From assembly GCA_019594235.1 (NCBI GenBank), contig JAFDTG010000001.1, positions 5,722 to 69,721 on the forward strand: a DNA stretch of 64,000 nt, read 5' to 3'. Positions 1 through 9,795 of this stretch are shown in pieces. The notes beneath the pieces were generated by a model that saw only the letters and a program-made list of their open reading frames with translations, was not told the DNA's origin and did not search any database. Source of the stretch: Candidatus Saliniplasma halalkaliphilum. GTDB taxonomy: Archaea; Thermoplasmatota; Thermoplasmata; Halarchaeoplasmatales; Halarchaeoplasmataceae. Numbering within the stretch: the stretch's first letter is position 1; the number at the start of each line of letters is the position of its first letter. A program made the position numbers and the translations under genes.

Positions 1-136
1 CTGGTTCTTCAACCATGTTAAATAACATAGTGTTGAAGGTATAAATATATGTTTTGAAAGCTATACCAAAACATTAATGTATTAACAAATCAAGTATATT
101 ATATTAACCAAATTCAAATGAATATCAAAATTTAAA

Positions 137-388
137 ATGTCTGGAGAGATTAAAATGGCAGAAAGAAAAATAAACGTGAAGGGTGAAACTTGTCCGGTTC
201 CATTGGTCGAAACTAGAAAGGCAGTTAGAACGGCTGAGCCTGGAGATGTTCTCATAATTCAAGGGGATCATCCTCCATCAAAAGATGAAATACCCATGGC
301 AGTGGACGCTTTAGGTTTAGAACTTTTAGGTATCGAGGAAGACGGTAAAAACTGGACTATAAAGATCAAAATTCCAGCGGAGGTATGA
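137..388 (+). CDS. tusA: TusA-like sulfurtransferase (CPxP motif protein)
   Basis: 83 aa; the motif GETCPVPL (Cys-Pro-x-Pro) is typical of the TusA/SirA family; 4-nt ATGA overlap with the next gene. Confidence 0.7.
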   Translation: MSGEIKMAERKINVKGETCPVPLVETRKAVRTAEPGDVLIIQGDHPPSKDEIPMAVDALGLELLGIEEDGKNWTIKIKIPAEV

Positions 389-810
389 TATTGACCGGAA
401 AAACTACCCTTATAGTTCAAAGTGGTGACCACGATAAAGTTTACAGTGCATTCATAATAGGAAATGGTGCACTTTCCATGGGGATGGAGGTTTCGATGTA
501 TTTCACATTCTGGGGGCTTGAAAGATTGAAGAAAGGAAAACTAGACAAAGGTCCTCTTTCTAAAATGAATTTTCTTGGATTAGGTAAATGGATAATGAAG
601 AGAAAGATGAAGAAATCCAATGTGAGGGAATTAGAAGATATGATGGATGACTTTGTAGAATTGGGTGGTAAGATATTAGCTTGCGATATGACCATGGAAA
701 TAATGGGTGTAGAAAAGAAAGATTTAAGAGACGAAGTTATTTCCGATTACTGCGCAGTCGGTACATATATTAAAGAGGCGAAAGAATCTGATATAACACT
801 GTTTATATGA
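385..810 (+). CDS. DsrE/DsrF-like sulfur-relay family protein
   Basis: 141 aa; the N-terminus TLIVQSGDHDKVYSAFIIGNGA resembles the DsrE/TusD family; translationally coupled to TusA, a frequent pairing. Confidence 0.5.
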   Translation: MILTGKTTLIVQSGDHDKVYSAFIIGNGALSMGMEVSMYFTFWGLERLKKGKLDKGPLSKMNFLGLGKWIMKRKMKKSNVRELEDMMDDFVELGGKILACDMTMEIMGVEKKDLRDEVISDYCAVGTYIKEAKESDITLFI

Positions 811-820
811 GGTGTAGAAG

Positions 821-1987
821 ATGAAAGAAGAAACAGTATATCTAGATAACAGTTCAAGCACGAAGATGGATGAAGAGGTTTTAGAAGCCATGAAACCTTA
901 CTTGTTCGAGAAATATGCAGTAGCAAGTTCTGAATTTGGATATTCTCTTGGGATCAAAGCAAAAGAGGGTTTGGAAGATGCTAGGAGCACTATAGCAGAT
1001 AATATAGGAGCCAACTCTGAAGAGTTAATATTTACGTCATGTGGGACAGAAGCAAGCAATCTAGCTTTGAAAGGTGTAGCTGAGAAACTGCCTGAAGATA
1101 AAGATCATATAATCACTAGTAAAATAGAGGATTTTCCCGTTCTAAAAAGTGCCCAGAGATTAGAAAAAGAGGGATACGAAGTTACGTTTCTCGAAGTAGA
1201 TGATGAAGGTTTTGTGGATGTTGACGAATTGGAAGATGCAATCAATGAGAGGACTGGACTGGTTTCGATACAGCACGGAAACCAAGAGATTGGAACAATT
1301 CAAGATGTCGAGAAAATTAGTAAAATATGTGACCAAAAAGACGTTTTATTTCACACCGATGCAACTCATACTTTCACGAAACTACCCATCGACGTCAGTA
1401 AAACTCCTATAGATTTGATGACCTTATCAGCACATACAATACACGGTCCAAAAGGGATTGGAGCACTTTATGTCAAAGATGGAACTGATATAGAAAAAAT
1501 GATGGATGGTGGTTTTCAGGAGAACAATCGAAGAGCCGGTGTCGAAAATATCCCAGGCGCCGTTGGGTTCGCAAAAGCGGTCGAACTCGTAAATGAAGAA
1601 GAGAATCAAAGGCTCAAAGGGATGAGAGATGCTCTTATAAAGAAAATACAGGATAAAATTCTCGACACAACTTTAAACGGACCTGCAAAGGATAGAACAC
1701 CGCAGAACGCAAATATCACATTCCATTACGTCGAAGGTGAATCGATAACACTCCACATGGATATGAGAGGCTTTTCCGTGAGCACCGGTTCGGCCTGTTT
1801 CAGCAAGTCTTTAGAAGCGAGTCATGTCATAATGGGGATCGGTGGGGACCATGAAAGGGCTCACGGTTCAGTTAGATTTAGCTTTGGAAGATATAATACG
1901 ATGGAAGATGTTGATAGAACTGTAAAAGCTATAAGTGAAGTTGTAAAAAGATTAAGAGAGATAAGTCCTTTAGGAAAAGATAAATAG
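821..1987 (+). CDS. iscS: cysteine desulfurase (IscS/NifS, class V aminotransferase)
   Basis: 388 aa; SAHTIHGPKGIGALYV pyridoxal-lysine region and STGSACFS active-site Cys loop. Confidence 0.85.
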   Translation: MKEETVYLDNSSSTKMDEEVLEAMKPYLFEKYAVASSEFGYSLGIKAKEGLEDARSTIADNIGANSEELIFTSCGTEASNLALKGVAEKLPEDKDHIITSKIEDFPVLKSAQRLEKEGYEVTFLEVDDEGFVDVDELEDAINERTGLVSIQHGNQEIGTIQDVEKISKICDQKDVLFHTDATHTFTKLPIDVSKTPIDLMTLSAHTIHGPKGIGALYVKDGTDIEKMMDGGFQENNRRAGVENIPGAVGFAKAVELVNEEENQRLKGMRDALIKKIQDKILDTTLNGPAKDRTPQNANITFHYVEGESITLHMDMRGFSVSTGSACFSKSLEASHVIMGIGGDHERAHGSVRFSFGRYNTMEDVDRTVKAISEVVKRLREISPLGKDK

Positions 1988-2009
1988 TTTGATAATAGGA
2001 GGTAAGAAC

Positions 2010-2651
2010 ATGGCAGATTTACCATATACAGAAAAAGTAATCGAATACTTCAAAAATCCTAAAAATGTTGGAAAGATAGAAGATGCAGACGGTAAAGCAA
2101 AAGAGGGGAGCCCAGCTTGTGGAGATATGGTTTCAGTCTACATAAAAGTAGATGATGAAACTAAAGAGATCACGGATATAAAATTCGAGTCCTATGGCTG
2201 TGCATCGAACATCGCTACCGGTTCTATAATCACGGAGATGGCCAAGGGAAAGACAATCGATGAAGCAAAAAATATCACCTGGAATGACGCTGCTGAAGAA
2301 CTAGGAGGTCTACCAGATATGAAAACCCACTGTTCCGTTTTAGCGGTTGAAGGACTACAGGCAGCTATCGCGGACTATGAGGAAAAACATGGTCTGGTAA
2401 AAGATGAAGAACCGACCACTGAAAAGGTCGTAGAGAAAAGGTTGAGACACGTGATGAACCCTATGACGGGACTAGATGTGGTCAAAACAGATCTGATCGG
2501 TGATATAGATGTTGAAGATGGAGTCATCTCCCTGAAAGTTGATCTTGCAGAAGATCATCAATTCGCCAATGCTATCAAGGAAGATATCATGGAAAAGTTG
2601 GAACATCTCTGGGATATCGATGACATCAAAATAAAATTCGCTGAAGATTGA
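2010..2651 (+). CDS. iscU: Fe-S cluster scaffold IscU/NifU-like with C-terminal DUF59/MIP18-like extension
   Basis: PACGD..YGCASNIA..HCSVLA carries the three IscU Cys plus His; GGAGGT Shine-Dalgarno 7 nt before ATG 2010 (the ORF track starts at 1989); an ~85-aa tail (MNPMTGLDVV..ISLKVDL..) has a DUF59-like pattern. Confidence 0.8.
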   Translation: MADLPYTEKVIEYFKNPKNVGKIEDADGKAKEGSPACGDMVSVYIKVDDETKEITDIKFESYGCASNIATGSIITEMAKGKTIDEAKNITWNDAAEELGGLPDMKTHCSVLAVEGLQAAIADYEEKHGLVKDEEPTTEKVVEKRLRHVMNPMTGLDVVKTDLIGDIDVEDGVISLKVDLAEDHQFANAIKEDIMEKLEHLWDIDDIKIKFAED

Positions 2652-2666
2652 TTGGATGTGTAAGAA

Positions 2667-3476
2667 ATGAAAGTTTCTTTGGTACAAAAAAAGCACGTTT
2701 TAGGAGATAAAGAAGCAAATTTAGGTATTATAAAAGATACGGTAAAACAAAATGATAGTGACCTATACATCTTCCCGGAACTATTTCTAACTGGTTACAG
2801 GCTAAGAGATAGATTATGGGATGAAGCTGAACAGATACCGGGTCATTCTACGGATAAAATTGTTGAATTAGCTGAAGAAGAACAGACTTCTATAATATTT
2901 GGTATGCCGGAAAAGATAGGTAGGAGTGGAAGATTGAAAAACTCCGCCGTTTTAGTAAATCCAGAAGGAGATATAGATGTATATAGAAAAACCTACCTAC
3001 CTAACTTCGGGCCTTTCGAAGAGATGAGATATTTTGGACCCGATGATAATATCCCTGTTTTCGATACTCAGTTCGGTAAGTTAGGTATGGTGATATGCTA
3101 TGATATTTTCTTCCCCGAACTGACCAAAGCGATGGCTCTGAAAGGTGCTGATTTCTTAGTTTGTATCTCTGCATCTCCTTCTATAAGTAAAAAGTTCTTC
3201 GAAACTGTTTTACCAGCTAGAGCTATTGAAACTACGGCTTTCATATTCTACGCAAATCTACTAGGTAGAGAGGAAAATTTCACGTTCTGGGGCGGAGATA
3301 GAGTTATTTCACCGACTGGTATGGAAGTCGCAAGGGGACCGATATATGAAGAAGACGTGTTGACAGTAGAAATTGACCTTGAAGACCTTGATAGAGCAAG
3401 AAAGGGGAGACCAGTTTTGAATGATACCAGAGCCGAAGTAATGTATGGTTCAGCCGACTCAATATTTATCGATTAG
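2667..3476 (+). CDS. carbon-nitrogen hydrolase (nitrilase superfamily)
   Basis: 269 aa; E...K...C triad context (FPELF; RKTYLP; MVICYD). Confidence 0.75.
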   Translation: MKVSLVQKKHVLGDKEANLGIIKDTVKQNDSDLYIFPELFLTGYRLRDRLWDEAEQIPGHSTDKIVELAEEEQTSIIFGMPEKIGRSGRLKNSAVLVNPEGDIDVYRKTYLPNFGPFEEMRYFGPDDNIPVFDTQFGKLGMVICYDIFFPELTKAMALKGADFLVCISASPSISKKFFETVLPARAIETTAFIFYANLLGREENFTFWGGDRVISPTGMEVARGPIYEEDVLTVEIDLEDLDRARKGRPVLNDTRAEVMYGSADSIFID

Positions 3477-3494
3477 AAATATCAAAAATCAAAT

Positions 3495-4985
3495 TTAAGG
3501 AATTCTGAAATCTATATTTAAAAATCTACGTAAACTCTGCTTTTTGTAAAGAGAAGGATTGAAAAGAACAATAGCAGTAAATATCTCCAATCTACCTATC
3601 CACATAAAAAATGCCATAAATAATCTTCCCAATAGAGGAACATTTCTAAAAGAAGCATCTGATATGATCCCTAAACCAGGACCGATATTACCCAAACTAC
3701 TTGCTGAAACAGCTATTCCTGAAATTATATCTAAACCTAAACCTACCATTAGCAATGCTCCAAAAGAGAATATTAATAAATAAGCACCAAAAAATATTGC
3801 AACAGTCTCTAATGTTCTTTCTTCGACAACTGTGTCACCCATACGTACAACCAATACTCTATTAGGATTAGCGAATTCTATGACTTTTCTTTTAATCAGC
3901 TTAAACATTAAAAGAATTCTTAAAACTTTGATACCCCCGCTTGTAGATCCAGCTGAACCTCCTATGAACATAAAAAAAAGCAAAAATAACCTTAACAATT
4001 CAGGCCATTTATCAAAGTTTTGAGTAGTATAACCCGTAGTCGTTAAAATGGATACCGTCTGGAAAATTAAGTCTCTAATTAAGATATTATGTTTAACCCC
4101 TATAAGAACTAGAATACTTGCTCCTATGAAGATGATAAACAGATAAGCTTTGAATTCTGAATCTGAAATTAATTTTTTAAATCTACCTTTAAAAACATGG
4201 TATTGTAAAGAGAAATTAACACCCGCAATTATCATAAAAATTATGAAAATCCATTGAACAGTAGAAGAAAAATATGCTATACTATTCGAGTGTGTTGAGA
4301 AACCACCAGTTGGTATTGTAGTCAAAGAATGATAAATTGCATCATATACACTAACTTTAGCTCCAAGAAGTATAATAAACAATAATAAAGTAAAAAGACA
4401 ATAAATATACCAAAGACTTTTTGCAGTTTCTTTAATTTTGGGTTTTATCCTTGTTATCGAAGGACCTGGTGCCTCTGCTTCAAGTAGGCTCAATCCTCCT
4501 CGGCTTAACTTAGATAAGATTGCAACCGATAAAACGATCACTCCCATACCACCAAACCATTGCAGTAGTGCTCGCCATAATAAAATGCTTTTTGGATGAG
4601 ATTCTAGAGGAAAGGATAAAACAGTTGCACCTGTTGTTGTTATACCAGCCATTGCTTCGAAAAATGCGTTTACGGGACATGAAAAGGTAAAAGTTAATAA
4701 AAAAGTTAAAGACGAAACTAAAGCCAAAATCAACCATGTAAAACTAACTAGGACTATTGCTTCATTATTATAAAAATTTTCAGATCTAGTAAAATGTTCC
4801 GCAGTATATCCTATTGTAATAGTAAAAAACGCAAGGAATATGTAAACTAATGCATTATATGGCAGGAAATTAAATAGTATAGGCTTCTCCACATAATAAA
4901 AGGCTGGGATAACAGGAATGAAAAAGGCTATACCAAATAATTTTAGTATCGATCCAAGATTCCCGACAACAATTTTCCATCTCAT
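3495..4985 (-). CDS. trkH: TrkH/KtrB-family K+ transporter
   Basis: 496 aa polytopic; repeated selectivity-filter-like motifs (TTTGAT, PTGGFS, TTTGYT, SGGIKV). Confidence 0.8.
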   Translation of the reverse strand: MRWKIVVGNLGSILKLFGIAFFIPVIPAFYYVEKPILFNFLPYNALVYIFLAFFTITIGYTAEHFTRSENFYNNEAIVLVSFTWLILALVSSLTFLLTFTFSCPVNAFFEAMAGITTTGATVLSFPLESHPKSILLWRALLQWFGGMGVIVLSVAILSKLSRGGLSLLEAEAPGPSITRIKPKIKETAKSLWYIYCLFTLLLFIILLGAKVSVYDAIYHSLTTIPTGGFSTHSNSIAYFSSTVQWIFIIFMIIAGVNFSLQYHVFKGRFKKLISDSEFKAYLFIIFIGASILVLIGVKHNILIRDLIFQTVSILTTTGYTTQNFDKWPELLRLFLLFFMFIGGSAGSTSGGIKVLRILLMFKLIKRKVIEFANPNRVLVVRMGDTVVEERTLETVAIFFGAYLLIFSFGALLMVGLGLDIISGIAVSASSLGNIGPGLGIISDASFRNVPLLGRLFMAFFMWIGRLEIFTAIVLFNPSLYKKQSLRRFLNIDFRIP

Positions 4986-5236
4986 TTTTGATATATACTC
5001 CCGTTTTTTTGGCTTAATTAACCTATATAGCCTGATAATATCGAGAAATAATTAATTCCCTAACTCACCACAGCAATTATTAGTAATATATCAGTTTAAA
5101 CCCCTATATTCTACACCAAAATCCACCAATGTATATATATAATTTATTAAATTCTAGTAAATATCCATATTAAAATAAGGATTTTGTTTGAAACAATATT
5201 AAGACGATGAAGCAGCTTTATTTCAAGAACAGGGTT

Positions 5237-6886
5237 TTAATATAATAATAATAAAGCGACAACTATCCCCTGACCTATCAAAACGTATCTCACTCCATCT
5301 GTAAGACTAACTTCAGAGATCACCCTTCTCACGTCTATATTTTTCACTTCTTCAAGTACTGGTCGGATCACATAGGCGATTGGTAACGTCAATAGAAGGG
5401 TCAGTCCTCCTTTGCTCCATAATGTACTCAACTCTATATATGAACCTGTAAACAAATGACTACCACTCACAAGTATAGAGGTTCCAGGTCCTATGATATT
5501 GTTCATCCATATAGATGTTGTAGTTCCTATGAATATCGTCAAACCAGCTAAAATTATCAGAGGTTTCAACATGCTAACGGGAGCATCTAATTTTTCGCTT
5601 TCTCTACTTGCGTAATATATTATCCTAAATACAGAAGCAGCTATTATGATATGTATTATTACAAATGGAATCAATATTAACGGTCTAGAAAAGACTGATT
5701 CGATCATAAAGGCCTTGCTGTAAAAACCATTTAAAGGTGGTATCCCTATGAGAGCAAGTAGTCCAATCAAAAAGGTAGATGCTAAGATAGGATGTCCATT
5801 TTTTAAAGATATCTTCCGGATATCACCACTACCATACAAATATATAATGGCTCCCGCAGAGAGGAATAGAAGGGGTTTGAATATGGAATGATTGACCATA
5901 TGGTACAAAGCAGAAGATACAGATGAAGGAGTCCATAAACCCACACAAGCGGTAATAAGCCCTACTTGAGCTATAGTATGCCATGTCAAGATACGTTTGA
6001 TATCCCAGTATTTGAATGTCATAAGGCTTCCTATAATACCGGTTATCAACCCAAAAAATATTACGATATTAAGTATAGCTGGAATGGCAAAGCCAACAGC
6101 TATGGTTCTGAACAACATATAAAGGCCTACTTTTACTGTTAAACCGGCTAAAACAGCGGTGATAGGTGTAGGAGCTGAAACGTGGGCATCAGGAAGCCAT
6201 GTATGAAATGGTACTAATCCACTTTTAACTCCAATCGTGACCATAAAGAATGAAAATATCAAAATCCTCGCAGGGACCGGAACTGTAGGCAGTGTTTCTC
6301 CAATCTCTTTCAAATCTAAGAAACCGACGTTGAAATATATCAAACCGATGCCTACGAGGAATAGGAATGTAGAAACGCTTCCAATTATCAGGTAATAAAA
6401 ACTTGCCCTTAGTGATTCTTTAGTTTTAGTGTATGTCAACAGAACGTAAGTGGCAAGGACGGTCACCTCAAAAAACTCGTATCTCATTATAAGGTCTCCT
6501 GTTAAAAAAACACCGTAAAGACCCGTTGTCATAAAGAGAAATAAGAAATAATACTTATCACCGGTTGGCAGCATTTCTTTCGATTCGAGAGAATATATAA
6601 AAGTAGTTAGTGTAACTATCCCGACTAACACAGACATCATCACCGATAGATTGTCCATCACCAAAACTATACCATATGGTATCTCCCAACCTCCTAATTC
6701 ATAGTAAATCGGATCCGCTATAGATCTAGGAGTGAAAGCAAGTAATAATATGACTGGTAAGGTGAGTGCTGCTAATGTAATGATATCTTTTAGTCTTTGA
6801 GACGGATTAAATTTTGAAATCAGTTCAAGGATGATAGCCCCAGTGAGGGGAGCTATTATAATGATAATCGGAACATGCCTGATCAA
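5237..6886 (-). CDS. mnhD: Mrp/Mbh-type antiporter subunit D (NuoL/M/N-like proton-conducting membrane subunit)
   Basis: 549 aa polytopic; HTWLPDAH motif typical of the NuoN/MrpD family; last gene of the E-F-G-B-B-B-C-D module. Confidence 0.75.
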   Translation of the reverse strand: MIRHVPIIIIIAPLTGAIILELISKFNPSQRLKDIITLAALTLPVILLLAFTPRSIADPIYYELGGWEIPYGIVLVMDNLSVMMSVLVGIVTLTTFIYSLESKEMLPTGDKYYFLFLFMTTGLYGVFLTGDLIMRYEFFEVTVLATYVLLTYTKTKESLRASFYYLIIGSVSTFLFLVGIGLIYFNVGFLDLKEIGETLPTVPVPARILIFSFFMVTIGVKSGLVPFHTWLPDAHVSAPTPITAVLAGLTVKVGLYMLFRTIAVGFAIPAILNIVIFFGLITGIIGSLMTFKYWDIKRILTWHTIAQVGLITACVGLWTPSSVSSALYHMVNHSIFKPLLFLSAGAIIYLYGSGDIRKISLKNGHPILASTFLIGLLALIGIPPLNGFYSKAFMIESVFSRPLILIPFVIIHIIIAASVFRIIYYASRESEKLDAPVSMLKPLIILAGLTIFIGTTTSIWMNNIIGPGTSILVSGSHLFTGSYIELSTLWSKGGLTLLLTLPIAYVIRPVLEEVKNIDVRRVISEVSLTDGVRYVLIGQGIVVALLLLY

Positions 6887-7215
6887 TTATAATCCTCCCA
6901 CATTTCTCTTACATCAAGCGTATCAAATTCCCTATATAGATAAAGCACTAGAGCTAAACCTAGGGCCAAAGTTGCGAGGTTCACAACAATTCCGGTCAAC
7001 ATGAAAGTGTGTGGAAGTGGATCGACCATTTCTCCTTGATATCCGATTATAGGTACAGTTCCGCCTGGAACATATCCGATGGAAACAAAAAGAAGTATTA
7101 TACCTGTATTTGCAACGTTAAGGGACATTAAAAGTTTGATAGCGTTCCTATTGTTGGTTAGTCCGTATAGTCCTATAAATAAAGTGATCAGTCCGACATG
7201 TATCCCATTCAGCAT
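6883..7215 (-). CDS. mnhC: Mrp antiporter subunit C (NuoK-like)
   Basis: 110 aa with 3 TM segments; overlaps neighbouring genes by 4-7 nt. Confidence 0.7.
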   Translation of the reverse strand: MLNGIHVGLITLFIGLYGLTNNRNAIKLLMSLNVANTGIILLFVSIGYVPGGTVPIIGYQGEMVDPLPHTFMLTGIVVNLATLALGLALVLYLYREFDTLDVREMWEDYN

Positions 7216-7571
7216 GGATCGACCCCCTGCTCAAAAAAGAACACTGAAAGAACAACCACTCCAGCGAATACCTTTATTCCAACCACGATATCTAAAAAGA
7301 CCAGAGATGTCATCCTGTAAGGAGTTAGATTCACGAAAAAACTTCCGCCTATCAATATTCCAAGGATACCAAAAAGCAGTATTAACGAAGTACCGATCGT
7401 GTCAAAAGATTCAACATGATTGGTTAACTTTTTGACTTTTGTTCTTCCATGAGTTACAAGAACTAGTATAACACCTGAAGCGAGCACAACACCTCCCTGG
7501 AAACCTCCTCCTGGGGAAACTGGACCAAAAAGCATCAGATATATGCCGTACATCAATATGAAAGGAGTCAA
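7209..7571 (-). CDS. mnhB: Mrp antiporter subunit B-like membrane protein
   Basis: 120 aa hydrophobic; position in the operon. Confidence 0.55.
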   Translation of the reverse strand: MTPFILMYGIYLMLFGPVSPGGGFQGGVVLASGVILVLVTHGRTKVKKLTNHVESFDTIGTSLILLFGILGILIGGSFFVNLTPYRMTSLVFLDIVVGIKVFAGVVVLSVFFFEQGVDPC

Positions 7572-7603
7572 AGCACGTCCAAATGTTCTAACGATAATGG
7601 ATT

Positions 7604-7903
7604 TTATGAGCCCTCACCTCCTTCATCTTTTGGTTTTATTATCTCTTTACCAAGTATGATAATTCCTGCGATAGCGATGTAAAGGACTAACAATTCACCG
7701 AAGGTGTCGTAACCTCTAAAATCAAAAAGTATGGCCTCCACTAGATTGATTGCTCCGGTTTCTTCATAATTTTCAAGATAAAATTCTGTAAGAGGAGAGT
7801 CGGATTTATCTTCATGGCCTAGATTCATACCAGTCAGGAACATAAGGCATATGAAAACTACTAAGAGTGCGGTAAATACCCTTTTAAAGACGTTTTCTTT
7901 CAT
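7604..7903 (-). CDS. Mrp/Mbh small membrane subunit (MnhB/MbhE-like)
   Basis: 99 aa with 2-3 TM segments; inside the Mrp operon. Confidence 0.45.
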   Translation of the reverse strand: MKENVFKRVFTALLVVFICLMFLTGMNLGHEDKSDSPLTEFYLENYEETGAINLVEAILFDFRGYDTFGELLVLYIAIAGIIILGKEIIKPKDEGGEGS

Positions 7904-8132
7904 ATCCGAACCTCTCTAATTTTTTGATTATGGCTAGAAACAGGACTGTAGTAGCTCCCGTACTGACTATGGAGAATGCTAGAGCCACATCAGTTGCTCT
8001 ATACAGATAAAGTAATAGAATAAGGAATACTGACGCTAAAGCTAAAAATACGAGTGCTCTTATCAAGTCATCTTCCATGATTACAAGTATATTCGAAACT
8101 AGAAAGAGTACAAGAAATAATTCAATTATCAT
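7884..8132 (-). CDS. Mrp/Mbh small membrane subunit (MbhD-like)
   Basis: Internal ATG at 8132 lies 7 nt downstream of the mnhG stop; the longer track ORF (to 8228) would overlap mnhG by 107 nt; 83 aa hydrophobic. Confidence 0.4.
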   Translation of the reverse strand: MIIELFLVLFLVSNILVIMEDDLIRALVFLALASVFLILLLYLYRATDVALAFSIVSTGATTVLFLAIIKKLERFGYERKRL

Positions 8133-8472
8133 CCTCTTCATCCTCCTTCTTTTCTTCCGCTTTAACTTCGTGGAAAGGTATCTCGTCAGTAGCACCAGAA
8201 TGAACATGCGCTGCTCTCGCGATTGCATGTGCTGTTATAGGACCAGTAAACAAAATGAAAACCATAATAAGAATGATCTTACCAGAGATTTCGGTGAAAC
8301 CGCTTCGTATCAAAACGCCAGCAAGTAAAGCTATAGTACCACCAGTTCCGGCTTTTCCACTAGCATGCAATCTCATGTATATATCCGAAAATCTAAGAAT
8401 TCCCAGGGCTGCGGTAAACATCATAACACAGCCGAGAGATATGAAAAATAATGAAATGATCTCGATGATCAT
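8122..8472 (-). CDS. mnhG: Mrp antiporter subunit G
   Basis: 116 aa; LGILRFSDIYMRLHASGKAGT resembles the PhaG/MnhG family. Confidence 0.65.
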   Translation of the reverse strand: MIIEIISLFFISLGCVMMFTAALGILRFSDIYMRLHASGKAGTGGTIALLAGVLIRSGFTEISGKIILIMVFILFTGPITAHAIARAAHVHSGATDEIPFHEVKAEEKKEDEEDDN

Positions 8473-8729
8473 ATAAATTCACCCCCTTCCAGGTATTTTA
8501 CCAGAGCAATCGTACCCACGAAATCAAGCATTACAAAAGATAAAGCTATATCTAGATACAAACCCAAATCCGTTTCTAGACTGATCAGTATTAGAATTAT
8601 AGTGATGATCACACCAACTACGTTCAAAGAAACTAACCTGTCATATATAGTCGGACCAAGGAATAATCGGTATGATGCAAGGATAGCGATGAATATCAAT
8701 ATAACTGATATTGCATAGTACAAGCTCAA
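8469..8729 (-). CDS. mnhF: Mrp antiporter subunit F
   Basis: 86 aa; N-terminal TM followed by RLFLGPTIYDRLVSLN, MrpF-like. Confidence 0.65.
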   Translation of the reverse strand: MSLYYAISVILIFIAILASYRLFLGPTIYDRLVSLNVVGVIITIILILISLETDLGLYLDIALSFVMLDFVGTIALVKYLEGGEFI

Positions 8730-9343
8730 GTGAACACCCCCTTAATCATGTTATCCCAGTTCAATATGGATTCTTTAATACTCTCGCTTAGGTTTTCTGC
8801 CTTTAAATAAGAATAGTGAACATAAAGGTAATAGGTCTCATCTTCCTTTTCAACATCTATTACTAAAGTACCAGGTGTAAGTGTTATCAAAAGTGATATC
8901 AACGTTACTTCACTCTCAGATGTCAGACTTACTTTAGTCCTTACTACCCTAGGTTCAACTTTCATGGTTATAGATTGGTAAATCAAGATTCCATTAGCAA
9001 TTATTAATTTTAAACACACATCTAAGAAAAGAGCAAAGATGTTTTTTAAGGAGTTCAAATATTCTGACAAACGGCTCTTTTTTCTTTCTTCACCATGTAT
9101 GACAAATTTATGAACGGTGAAAGTGACTAAACTGGCCCCGACTAAACCTGATGCTAAGGTATAAAGGGATATTTCACCGCCTCTGAATATATTGAATATT
9201 TCCCCAGTTAAAAGAAGCCAGAACAGAATTAAGAGTACATCTAAAAGGGCATAATGTCGATTGAGTGCATCCTCTTTCGAGATCCCATCATTCTTCATCT
9301 TACACCTGTCTGACAAATACCTTCGAACATTCATTAAAAACAA
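8726..9343 (-). CDS. mnhE: Mrp antiporter subunit E
   Basis: 205 aa; N-terminal TM pair plus C-terminal soluble domain; first gene of the operon. Confidence 0.55.
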   Translation of the reverse strand: MFLMNVRRYLSDRCKMKNDGISKEDALNRHYALLDVLLILFWLLLTGEIFNIFRGGEISLYTLASGLVGASLVTFTVHKFVIHGEERKKSRLSEYLNSLKNIFALFLDVCLKLIIANGILIYQSITMKVEPRVVRTKVSLTSESEVTLISLLITLTPGTLVIDVEKEDETYYLYVHYSYLKAENLSESIKESILNWDNMIKGVFT

Positions 9344-9513
9344 ACTCTATAAAATTATCGGTGAGAATGCCTAGAAAAAAACTGAACAATTGGAACGAAG
9401 TTTTCGCAATTTAAACTGATTTGTTAAATCAAAACTAAAAAAGATATACAAAAAAAGGTTAAAGTTCACTATAAACCATAAAAAAATTTAAAACAGATTA
9501 AACTATACCTCAT

Positions 9514-9774
9514 ATGATAAACATGCTCGAAGAAGTATCAGAAATGATTGGAATTCAAGTATATACCAAAAATGGTATGTTCCTTGGCACAGTAAATAAT
9601 GTCGTTATCGATATGGATGAAGCAGGCATCGATGGTCTGTTTGTGGGTGATACTAATCCGTTACTAGTAGAAGATTCTAAGAGTGTCAAAGTACCTTACC
9701 GCTGGGTGAGTTCTGTTGGAGATATAATCCTTCTAAGGTACTTCCCAAAAAGAGTATCGATTTCTAAAGATTGA
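9514..9774 (+). CDS. PRC-barrel domain protein
   Basis: 86 aa; IGIQVYTKNGMFLGTV..DGLFVG pattern. Confidence 0.6.
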   Translation: MINMLEEVSEMIGIQVYTKNGMFLGTVNNVVIDMDEAGIDGLFVGDTNPLLVEDSKSVKVPYRWVSSVGDIILLRYFPKRVSISKD

Positions 9775-9795
9775 TTTACTTACTGGGGGATTTGA

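Noticed and set aside
1200-1609. Short ORFs inside iscS on both strands
   Set aside because: They are embedded in a strongly supported coding sequence in other frames.
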